A stretch of 64,000 nt of DNA from Octopus sinensis (taxonomy: Eukaryota): the NCBI RefSeq assembly GCF_006345805.1, contig NC_043006.1:13578001-13642000 (forward strand), in the 5' to 3' direction. The notes under the pieces are model-generated. The model searched no databases, was not told the origin of the DNA, and worked only from the letters and a program-made list of their open reading frames with translations. How positions within the stretch are numbered: the first letter of the stretch is position 1; every line of letters starts with the position of its first letter. Of this stretch, positions 48,553 through 59,442 are shown in pieces. Position numbers and translations under genes: made by a program.

Positions 48553-50112
48553 TGAAACAAGGTTCTATCTAGGAGTACTAATTTATACTATGATAGAACG
48601 CTAGTCTATCGATGTTAATGGTTAGTAAAACATTGCCAAGAAACAGACAACTGATTGACTTAGCAAAATTTTAAGATGTCATACTATGATAAGCAAATAA
48701 CAAACATTCAATTCGAAAATGTCATGCAGTAGTTGAATATTTGTCAAAGCAGTTTATTACAAGTTAGAAAGATAGAAAAAGCAATAAATGAATTACGTGA
48801 ATTTATCAAAGCATAAGAGCGAGAAATCAATTTAAGTGGGATGATTACATTTAGAATTGAATGACAGAAAGTAAGGCCAAGAGAAGAAGAAAGCAAAGGG
48901 AGTAGGAAGGAGTAGCGGAGATGCGGCGGAGTTATTTTCGTAACAGAAATGAAAATCCGTTGATAACTATTAAAAAAAAAATAGACCTGGTGGAAAATTC
49001 TAATTCAAATAGAGAAATAGGAAAAAATGATGGACAAACGCGATAAATGGAAGATTCTCGAAGATATTGAAGAATGTTCAATAGAAACTTTATTACTATG
49101 AAATCACATGAGTTTTACAATGTCAATGAAGAAATTATATATTGAAACAAGTGTTACAATGAAGTTTTAACATACAATGTTATAATGTTATAGAGGGAGG
49201 TAAAAAATACAACGACTATGAAGATATTCATGAAAACACTTGTATACAGATAAGACACTTTCTTTCTCTTTTCCTTCCTTCCTTCCTTCCTTCCTTTCTC
49301 TCTTTCCCTCTCCTCCTCTCTCTCCCTCTTTCTTTGAACACACACATATATAAATTAAGTATAAATTTATTATAAATTAATTATCTAAAGATTTCTGAAT
49401 CGAAACAGCTGTCAGAGATGTTGTCATATTTTATAATTAATAGTGAGAATTTACAAAAAAACAAAAGACGAAGACAGGTAACAAAGTAAATTCGGGGTTA
49501 ATCTCACGAAGAAAAATATAAGGAAAAGAATATGAAAATGCAGGATTTAAAAAAAAAAGTATTTATTAACTTAACTGCCTTCACTATTTAAAAAGATTTT
49601 CAAAAGTAAAATATGAGACTTTGTGTATCCTCTGTGGTGTAAAAAATTAGTTTACATAAATGCATTCAAATCAAGTGATAGAGTTTTTGACAATGGTAAG
49701 AAAAAGCTCGAGTCTTTGCGTATCCTTTGTGGTGAGTCAAAAATAGTTTACATAAAAAGATTCAGATCAGGAAATAATTTTTTTTACAATATAGAAGATA
49801 AATGTTAGTTTACATGAATATATCCAAACCAAGTAATAGACTTTTTGACACGCATGTCTACGTCTGTGTGCACGCCTGTATGTTCGCGTGTGTATGTGTG
49901 TGTTGCGGTTGTCAGGGCGGTGTATGTGTGTGTTGCGGTTGTCAGAGTGGTGCGTGTACGTGTGTATGCGTGCGTGTGTGTGTGTGTGTGGTGTGTGTGT
50001 GTGTGTGTGTGCTACATTTATCACTGTGATCAGAAACCATAATCGTTTGCAGCATCTTAAATAGAAAAAAAAATAGCTGAGCAGAAAAATAACAGACCAT
50101 TTATATATATAT

Positions 50113-50490
50113 AGGAGCGATCCGTCGGTTACGACGATGAGGGTCCCAGCTGATACGATCAACGGAACAGCTTGCTCGTGGAATTAACGTGTAAGTGGCT
50201 GAGCACTCCACAGACACGTGTACCCTTAACGTAGTTCTCGGGGATATTCAGCGTGTCACAGAGAGTGACAAGCTGGCCCTTTGAAATACAGGTACAACAG
50301 AAACAAGGAAGAAAGAGTGAGAGAAAGTTGTGGTGAAAGAGTACAGCAGGGTTCACCCCCCCCTGCAGGAGCCTTGTGAAGTTTTAGGTGTTTTCGCTCA
50401 AAAAACACTTACAATGCCCGGTCTGGGAATCGAAACCGCGATCCTATGACTACGAGTCCGCTGCCCTAACCACTGGGCCATTGCGCCTCT
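50113..50490 (-). mobile_element. SINE family C, tail type 2, 12-bp TSD
   Basis: TSD ACAGACCATTTA at 50092-50103 and 50491-50502. Confidence 0.92.
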
Positions 50491-50687
50491 ACAGACCATT
50501 TACAGTTCGCGGACATGGCTGTAGGATCTCACATCTGGATGGAATGGAATTTGACGGTTATTACTATTTTACACAGAAGCGGTGGCTCAAAATTGCCTTC
50601 CTGACAAACACAAAACACATACAATTCCAAAACTGCGGCTGCTTGATGGCAGACACGTGATCAAGAGATGGTTCTGTTCTTTTTTAA

Positions 50688-50907
50688 CCCTTTAGTGATC
50701 AGATTACTCTGTCAAATATAATGCTTTTTCATTCACATTGTTTTGAATTAATCCTGCATTATCTTGTAGCTCTGAGAATTTGATGATACGATGGTTTATT
50801 TTGAGGATGTCATTGCAGGATATGAGTGAGAGACCAGATCCAGATGGTTTGAACATAAAAGAAGTAGAAAATTTGGGCCGGATATGGCTGGTTTAAATGC
50901 TAAAGGG
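50688..50907. mobile_element. piggyBac-type MITE
   Basis: TTAA|CCCTTTAG...CTAAAGGG ends; absent from the mirror arm; the right flank is not a clean TTAA. Confidence 0.6.
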
Positions 50908-51084
50908 TGGCTTAGAATTACTTCTCTATAGGTGGTTGATAGCAATCATTTCATCAAAAGGTAGTTCACGCTTGTTCTGGTTTCAAATAGTTGTTGTGAA
51001 GCTAAGAAAGGCTTGTTTGGTGAACTGGTTCTGTTGTGGTTCAGAAGTTTTGGGCGGTGTTTTGGAGTTTATCTGTATTTTTTA

Positions 51085-51463
51085 AAGCACTCCGTCGGTT
51101 ACGACGATGAGGGTTCCGGTTGATCCGAATCAACGGAACAGCCTGCTCGTGAAATTAACGCGTAAGTGGCTGAGCACTCCACAGACACGTGTACCCTTAA
51201 CGTAGTTCTCGGGGATATTCAGCGTGACACAGAGAGTGACAAGGCCGGCCCTTTGAAATACAGGTACAACAGAAACGGAAGTAAGAGTGAGAGAAAGTTG
51301 TGTGGAAGAGTACAGCAGGGATCACCACATCCCCTGCCGGAGCCTCGTGAGAGATTTAGTGTTTTCGCTCAATAAACACTCACAACGCCCGGTCTGGGAA
51401 TCGAAACCGCGATCCTATGACCACGAGTCCGCTGCCCTAACCACTGGGCCATTGCGCCCCCAC
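51085..51463 (-). mobile_element. SINE family C, tail type 2, 12-bp TSD
   Basis: TSD GTTTATCTGTAT at 51067-51078 and 51464-51475. Confidence 0.92.
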
Positions 51464-51619
51464 GTTTATCTGTATGAATCATAAGTAAAGAATGATATGT
51501 ATTTGCATGTAAGTGCATGTGTGTATGTATGTGTGTGTTTTTTTCTGAGAAATGCGAATAGCTGGTTTACGTGTGTTTGTGTTTGTGTGTGTGAGTGTGT
51601 GTGTGTGTGTGTGCCTGCG

Positions 51620-52640
51620 CGCGTGTGCACATGTGTGCGTGCGTGTATGTACATGTGTACATATATGTGGATGTCCTATTTGTGTGTGTGTCTACGTATG
51701 TGTGCACATGTGTGCGTGCGTGTATGTACATGCGTACATGTATGTGGATGTCCTATTTGTGTGTGTGTTTACGTATGTGTGCACATGTGTGCGTGCGTGT
51801 ATGTACATGTGTACATGTATGTGGATGTCCTATTTGTGTGTGTCTACGTATGTGTGCACATGTGTGCGTGCGTGTATGTACATGTGTACATGTATGTGGA
51901 TGTCCTATTTGTGTGTGTGTGTACGTGTGTGTCTACGTATGTGTGCACATGTGTGCGTGGGTGTATGTACATGTGTACATGTATGTGGATGTCCTATTTG
52001 TGTGTGTGTGTACGTGTGTGTCTACGTATGTGTGCCATGTGTGCGTGCGTGTTGTACATGGTAATGTATGTGGATTGTCCTATTTGTTGGGTGTGTGTAC
52101 ACGTGTGTGTCTACGTATGTGTGCACATGTGTGCGTGCGTGTATGTACATGTGTACATGTATGTGGATGTCCTATTTGTGTGTGTGTGTACGTGTGTGTC
52201 TACGTATGTGTGCACATGTGTGCGTGCGTGTTGTACATGTGTACATGTATGTGGATGTCCTATTTGTGTGTGTGTGTACGTGTGTGTCTACGTATGTGTG
52301 CACATGTGTGCGTGCGTGTTGTACATGTGTACATGTATGTGGATGTCCTATTGTGTGTGGTGTGTAGTGTGTGTCTACGTATGTGTGCACATGTGTGCGT
52401 GCGTGTATGTACATGTGTACATGTATGTGGATGGCCTATTTGTGTGTGTGTGTGTGTGTGAGTGTGGTCTACGTATGTGTGCACATGTGTGCGTGCGTGT
52501 TGTACATGTGTACATGTATGTGGATGTCCTATTTGTGTGTGTGTGTACGTGTGTGTCTACGTATGTGTGCACATGTGTGCGTGCGTGTTGTACATGTGTA
52601 CATGTATGTGGATGTCCTATTTGTGTGTGTGTCTACGTAT
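51620..52640. repeat. Minisatellite, 12 copies of a ~75-90 bp TG-rich unit
   Basis: Landmark GGATGTCCTATTT counted 12 times (two copies with variants). Confidence 0.95.
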
Positions 52641-53646
52641 GTGTGTGTGCGTGTTGCAGTTGTCAGTACGGTGTGTGTGTATGCAAGTTTGTATATGTGT
52701 CTTTATGCCTGTGTATGTTTGTGTTATATTTATCAGGGTGGTGTGTGTATGTGTGTACGTATGTATGCGTGTGTATATGTGTTGCGTTTGTTAGGGTGTC
52801 TCTACACACTTGTATGTGTGCGTGTGTGTAGGAATTCGATTATTGCTTAGTTGTTCCGACACCAGTCGACTGTCCAATTATAATTTTTACGACATTAGAG
52901 TATCTTTAACTGTGGCCAGTATTTCACCACATATACACACACATATATACACAAATACACAGGCACATATGCGAACACGTACACACATACATATATACAC
53001 ATGTATATATACACATATATATACTTACACATACACGTACATACACATATATACACACATACACAGGCACATAAACGATTACTCTTACATGCGCACACCC
53101 CCCCCCCCCCTTGACAAAGACAAAACACACACATACACACGCGCATACGCACGTGTACATACAGACGTACATATACGCCATAACAAACGCAACACACACA
53201 ATTTCTCACGCACATACACGCACACATACACACACATACGCACACATGCACACAACCGCAACAAACATAACGTACACACACACATGCACACACGCGTACA
53301 CCCAGCACCTTGACAAATATAACATACACACGTACACACATACACACACCACCCTGATAAATATCACACACACATGTACAGGCAAAAATACAAAAGCATA
53401 CACACGCACACAAACACCACTCTGACAACCGCAACACACACATACAGACGCACACACACAGATGTGCACACAAACGCACACATACTTAGACACACACACA
53501 TAAAGTGAACATCCACATACGCGCACACATGTACACACGCACACACAAACAAACAAGCTTTTCGCATTTCCTAGAAAAAATCACACACACATACACACAC
53601 ACAGTTACACTCACATATTTAATTTTACTTATGAGTCATACATATA

Positions 53647-53877
53647 TATTTCTTTATTGCCCACAAGGGGCTAAACATAGAGGGGACAAACAAGGACAGA
53701 CAAAGGGATTAGGTCGATTACATCGACCCCAGTACGTAACTGGTACTTTATTTATCGACTCCGAAAGGATGAAAGGCAAAGTCGACCTCAGCGGAATTTG
53801 AACTCAGAACGTAACGGCAGACGAAATATCCCGAAGCATTTCGCTCGGCGCGCTAACGTTTCTGCCAACTTGCCGCC
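53647..53877 (-). mobile_element. SINE family A
   Basis: Full-length match; flanked by TTATGAGTCAT-like duplication. Confidence 0.88.
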
Positions 53878-55043
53878 TTTTATGAGTCATTCATATAAAC
53901 CGCAAAATACCAGCCAAAACTACTGAATCATAACAGAACTACTCGTCCACTGAACAAGCCTTTCTGAGCTCCACAAAATCTATTCGAAATCAGAACAATT
54001 ATGAACTAACTGCCACCAACCACCCATACCGTCCTTAAAGAGAAAGCAATTCTAAGCCACCGTTTTTTTTCTTTTAAAGACAGAACCATCTCCTGATCGC
54101 GTGACTACCATCAAGCAACCACATTGATTTTTTCAAAAAGAAGGCAATTTTGAGCAACCACTTCTGTATAAAATAATAGTCACTGTTAAAATCCATCCAG
54201 ATGCGTGACACTACAGCCATATCCGGGAACTACAAACGGTTTGTTATTTCTCTACTCACCTCTGTTTTTTTCGATCTAAGATGATGCAAACAATTATGGT
54301 GTCTGATCAGAATGAGACTAAAACTTTAGTAACCACTGATTGGCAAACCAGACACGTTTTCTCTTCTTGTCAGACTCTGTTACGTGATTTGGATATATTT
54401 ATCTAAACTAATGTTTATCGTATCATCATTGTAAAGAAATTTTATTGTCTGATCTCAACGTCTTTTTATGTAAACTAATTTTGATTCATCACAGAGATTA
54501 CACAAAGCCAACAACTGTTTTTTCTTTCTCTTTTTCGTCTCTTTCCCTCTTCCCTCTCTCTCTCCTAGATAAACACTACATAAAACACACACATGTATAT
54601 ATACATGTATATATATATATATATAATTTATATAATATATAATATATGAATTATATAATATAACTTACTTATATTTATCATTCTTTTTATACTTAAAAAA
54701 ATTTTTTAATAGAAAAAATAAATATATATATATATATATATTATATATTATATTAATTATATTTATATTATTTGTTATTATGTATTGGTTTTGTTTATCA
54801 CTGTTACAGTTGCATAATAGTGGTTTTATCTCTAATTCATATTTTATATATATATTATATAATATATATATATATATATATAAAACATGTGGTGTATGTG
54901 TGTTTGTGGTGTGTGTGGTGTGGTGTGTGGTGTGTGTATGTTGTGTGTGCTTGTGTTGTGTGTATATATGGGCAATCGTTACTTACTAGCTTCAGAGTTT
55001 CCGTGTATTGTGTCTCACTGAAGAGGCTCAATATACATCGTAT

Positions 55044-55143
55044 NNNNNNNNNNNNNNNNNNNNNNNNNNNNNNNNNNNNNNNNNNNNNNNNNNNNNNNNN
55101 NNNNNNNNNNNNNNNNNNNNNNNNNNNNNNNNNNNNNNNNNNN
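55044..55143. other. Assembly gap (100 N)
   Basis: Run of n. Confidence 1.
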
Positions 55144-55160
55144 ATTTTTTTTTTAAAAGT

Positions 55161-55231
55161 TCGTTATTTCTATATTGAATCAATTTCGGAGTTAAAGCCC
55201 ATGGAATTTTTTCCTCATCAGTAGAAAATAC
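55161..55231 (-). ncRNA. Type I hammerhead motif, AUA cleavage triplet
   Basis: UUUCUA-CUGAUGA-GGA..UCC-GAAA-UUGA u UCAA-UA^UAGAAA; helix I extends with UCGU/ACGA. Confidence 0.75.
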
Positions 55232-55317
55232 GATAAGAAATAAATGAAATACTTATACGCACCCATAGAAAGAAGCAGAAGCAAAAGTCATGTGTACACA
55301 TAAGTACCCCAGTTATA

Positions 55318-55722
55318 TCTTTATATATAAAAGAAAGGTTGTGTGTCTGTCTACTCCGATTTAGATTCCTAACTACTCCCACATTGTGCGGTGCAATGTA
55401 ACCAAAAGCGGGTATCTTATAGTCGTGATTCATATCGAGCCCTTCTGGGTATTAGTGCGCGTCTACGATGAGTCTACGATTTTAAAAATATTTACCATCA
55501 GTTTTTTTTCCATTTTAATGCATTTTTTCGCTATTATGTTAAGGAGTAACTCTCTAAAAAATGTCTACGATGATTCAACGATTAAAAAAAAAAAATTACC
55601 ATAATTTTTTTTTTTCATTTTTAATGCATTCTTTTGCTATTTTTTGGCTATAACTCTCTAAAAATGCTTATATAGTTATTTCCCTTACAAACCCGAGCAA
55701 CGCCGGGTGGCGATACTGCTAG
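55318..55722 (+). mobile_element. Non-autonomous Helitron, same family as 38791-39303
   Basis: A|TC start, shared CGATTTAGATTCCTAACT..CTACGATGAGTCTACGATTTT body, hairpin and CTAG|T end. Confidence 0.85.
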
Positions 55723-55844
55723 TCTAAATATAAAATCCTTTAACTAGCCTCAGCACACGTGTGAACTATTCCAAACCACAGCTTATAGTGGTTACCAGTC
55801 CCTAAGAGAATGATGATAAATCTACTATTAATATAGGATGTTCG

Positions 55845-55995
55845 TGTGTTTACGTCTCCGTAACTTAGCGGTTCGGCAGAAGAGTTAGATAGGATAGGCA
55901 CTAAGCTTACAAAGAATAAGTCCAGGGTTCGATTTTTTCGACTAAAAGGCGGTGCTCTAGCAAGGCGTCAGTTAAATAACAGAAACAATAAAAGA
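55845..55995 (+). mobile_element. SINE family B, degenerate 3' half
   Basis: GTAACTTAGCGGTTCGGCA..GACTAAAAGGCGGTGCTCTAGCA..GAAACAA. Confidence 0.7.
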
Positions 55996-56037
55996 ACAAA
56001 TGATATATGTATATATATGTGTGTATATATATATATG

Positions 56038-56079
<42 letters not shown>

Positions 56080-56164
56080 CTATATATATATATCTATATA
56101 TATATATATATATAATATCTATATACATATATATATACATAATATATACTATATACATACGAGC

Positions 56165-56800
56165 ACACAAGATCGATAATGAAGAGATCGAAGTGATTGA
56201 TGATTTCATTTTTCTTGGCTCCAAAATAAATCGAGATGGTGACTGGACTCCAGAAATAAGACGGCGGATAGTACTAGGCAGAGAGGCAATGGTCAGCATT
56301 AGCAGGGTCTGGAAGAGTAGAGACATCAGACACGCTACCAAATGCAGATTGGTGAATGCAATTGTCTTCCCAATAGCAACATATGGATGCGAGACCTGTA
56401 CATTAAAGAAAGCTGACCAGAAGAGAATTAATGCATTCGAGCTTTAGTGTTGGAGAAGACTTTTACGGATTCCATGGACAGCGAGGCTCACCAATGGAGA
56501 AGTTCTTAAGCAGATAAGGCAGAAACTGTCGCTAGAAGCTAGGATCACCAAGCATAGATTGGCATATTTCGGTCATGTTATGCGGAGAAAATCCCTGGAG
56601 AAGGACATCATGCTCGGAATGGTCAGTGGCAGGAGAGGAAGAGGCCGACCAAGAACCCGCTGGCTTGACACCATCAAGAGTGATACCGGAATGGACATAG
56701 CCAATCTGAAAGAAGCGGCCCAGGATAGAACTGACTTGAGGACACTGATCCAACGAGTGACCGAGAGTCGACTTCGACTGAGCGGATAGATAGATAGATA
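56165..56800 (+). pseudogene. RTE-BovB-like LINE 3' fragment (one in-frame stop at 56445-56447), (GATA)n tail
   Basis: IDNEEIEVIDDFIFLGSKI..EIRRRIVLG..KSRDI..TK.RLV.A.VFP..YGCE..RINAFEL*CWRRLLRIPWTAR..YFGHVMRR.SLEK..GRRGRGRPRTRWLD..SRLRLSG*. Confidence 0.9.
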
Positions 56801-56813
56801 TATACTTACATTC

Positions 56814-56885
<72 letters not shown>

Positions 56886-56971
56886 TATATATATGTATAT
56901 ACATACATACATACATACATACATACATACATACATACATACATACATTCATACATACATACATACATACA

Positions 56972-57003
<32 letters not shown>

Positions 57004-57160
57004 AATATATATATATATATATACAGAGAGAGAGAGAGAGGACAGAACTTCCATACATTTGCCGTCTACCAGTTTAACTCACATATGTCGTGCAGAAGTT
57101 GCCTAAATTGCTGCGTTGTGAGACTGATCTAGAAACCACGTGGTTGCAAAAGAAGCCACG

Positions 57161-57237
57161 CCTATGCCTTTATAAAGAGCTATGGGAACGAGCACTAAAA
57201 ACGTGTTGGTCCTCATAGCTCTTTTGAAGCCTACAGG
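57161..57237 (+). ncRNA. Candidate pri-miRNA-like hairpin
   Basis: Fully symmetric 35-position stem with 7-nt loop; upper 22 positions have 20 pairs; no homologue recognised. Confidence 0.3.
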
Positions 57238-58604
57238 ATTTGTGTTACAGAAATGATTGCGACGCGTTTATATATTAAATACATGGCATTGTACTGGCTT
57301 TGAGTGCATTTACCCACAAAAATGTACTTATAGAGAGCTGCTTTCCTTATATGGATAGACTGACCGAAATGTTGTCAGCTAACACGTATTAGATACTAAA
57401 CGCAGGTATTTTCAGGTAAACATAAGTATTGGTGGGTAAACATAGTCTGATTTACAGATGAGGATATGTATATGATTTTTTCACAGTTAGACGTTGTTGA
57501 AAGATGATTTTATAAAAGACTAGCAGAATTGCCCTGAATTGCTTGAAAGTACTGTTAATGATTGCACTGAATTATGATGATTATTCAGGCAAATATTGAT
57601 ATAAGTTTACGGCGAATGAATGTATTTGTAAGTGTATAGAAAGCCGTGTAAAGGGGTTCCTACCCCCTCGTAAAATGGTGTAAGATAGAGATTACATCGG
57701 TAGAAAGAAAAGAGGCCTTGAGAGGTTTGTTATACGATGGTTTGTAGGATGTGTAACATTCTAGGGTTTCTTCTTAAGAAATCGGATTTTTTTACGACGT
57801 GGCTTCAGGCAGAGATTATTTTGGTACCAACGTAAGGGACTGAGACAGAGAGAGAGAGACTGGAAGGAGGTTTTATTAGATTGTGATCTTGCACAACTTT
57901 ATAATGAACATTGATTACTATAGCAGAAACGAAAGAGATCTTGACGAGGTGTCACGTAATGGTTGATCGGCAGCCTTTTAATTAAAATGTGAGACATTGT
58001 AAGTTTTCTTCTCAAGGAACTTTATTACAACATAACCTCAAACGCATGTGCTTGTCTACGGAGAATGCAGCAACTCAGATGTGAGTAGAAGGTTAGTTAG
58101 ATGTCAACATTTTGAGTTTTATAATGGGTCAAAAGATCATCCTACCCATAGTATTTGAGGTTTCTTTAAGAGGAAATCCAGTTTTTTTTTTAATATTTTA
58201 TATTTGGGTTTGGTGAAACACTTGCAGTTTCCATGAAAGGCTATTGGGGATGTTTGTTGCTTTTAGAATTAGTTTTAAGATACTAATCTGTAAAATGAAT
58301 ATTAAATAAGTTTTGAACATCTCTATTCGTGGAAAATGATCAAGCTACTGCACAATAGCCTAAGGATGTAGTTTATTTAGGGATTTCCGTAACTAGATAA
58401 CTACAGTAAAGAAAGGAATCGATGAGATGATCAAATTCTATACATCTGAGTTGAGAGGATATGACTGGTGACTCCATAAACAAGCAGCGTTGGTTGAATC
58501 AGTATAGTATGCACAGTTTTGTTACAATGAATTATTTTAAATACTAAATGTAACACATATAAAAACAAAATATGCATGAAAGAAGAAAATATGTGTGGTG
58601 CGTA

Positions 58605-58665
<61 letters not shown>

Positions 58666-58715
58666 TATATATTATGTATATGTATTTATATATATATATG
58701 TATATATATATACAG

Positions 58716-58725
58716 ATAGACAGAT

Positions 58726-58818
<93 letters not shown>
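58716..58818. repeat. (GATA)n microsatellite
   Basis: Direct inspection. Confidence 0.97.
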
Positions 58819-58819
<1 letters not shown>

Positions 58820-59020
58820 AACTTTAAGGGAAAAGCATATTTAAGTCAAAGGAATATCAGTTTAAAAAAGTCGTATCAAAGTATACACTGTAAACGTTTG
58901 TTCTGGTAAAAAAAAAAAGAACACCTGTATACAAATTTTTAAGGTAAACATTTAGTGCCTGAAGTTATTCGACCGTAATCAGTGATCACTTAGCCAAACA
59001 CAATTGTAGATTTCACAAAC

Positions 59021-59026
59021 TTTATT
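59021..59026 (-). promoter_or_regulatory. Candidate polyadenylation signal of the GPCR gene
   Basis: AATAAA on the minus strand ~420 nt after the stop, followed by GU-rich GTTTGTG..TTGTGTTTGG. Confidence 0.3.
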
Positions 59027-59442
59027 ACTGATGTGTAAATGTTTAACAATAATTTTCCATTTCTTTCTATCATTTCAGAATCCAGGGAAAAGTTCAAAAT
59101 GGAGTATTGAGTGATCTGTTAGAATCACTTTCAAAACTTGAGAAATGCTGGACATAAAAGAGCAACAGGCTGGTTGTTGGTAGAATAAGAAGGATTGTTT
59201 CTTCCTATGGATGGGATACACGATCATTTTTTTTTCTATATTTCAAAGTATATGTAGAGATAAACGTTTAATAATTTAATGAGAACAGGAGACAAATTCA
59301 GTGACATGTTGCTGCACACAAATGTATTCCAGCCATTTTTATCAATGGAAAGTATCTGATGGTAAATCGGGTCAATAAAAGTTAACCGAGAATGAAACAA
59401 CAAAACCAACGACGATGACAACATTATTTGTACGTTTTCAGA

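Larger units (their letters stand above)
49710..54510. repeat. Diverged 4.8-kb fold-back (inverted duplication) centred near 52870
   Basis: Matching blocks in mirror order: 49710-49840/54372-54510, 50028-50070/54263-54310, 50500-50685/54070-54245, 50950-51066/53890-54000, 51476-51600/53540-53640. Confidence 0.85.

Noticed and set aside
47679-48604. YVCM/HTYI-repeat ORFs (also around 24418-24934, 42641-43221 and 51497-53567)
   Set aside because: Translations of TATG and TG microsatellites or the minisatellite
49385-49420. GAAACAGCUGUC motif identical to the 3966-3977 core half
   Set aside because: Upstream CUGANGA is corrupted (CUAAAGA) and helix II is out of register; relic only
57515-57545. 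Degenerate Helitron 3' end on the minus strand (GCAATTCAGGGCAATTCTGCTAGT)
   Set aside because: No 5' TC end or matching body could be identified
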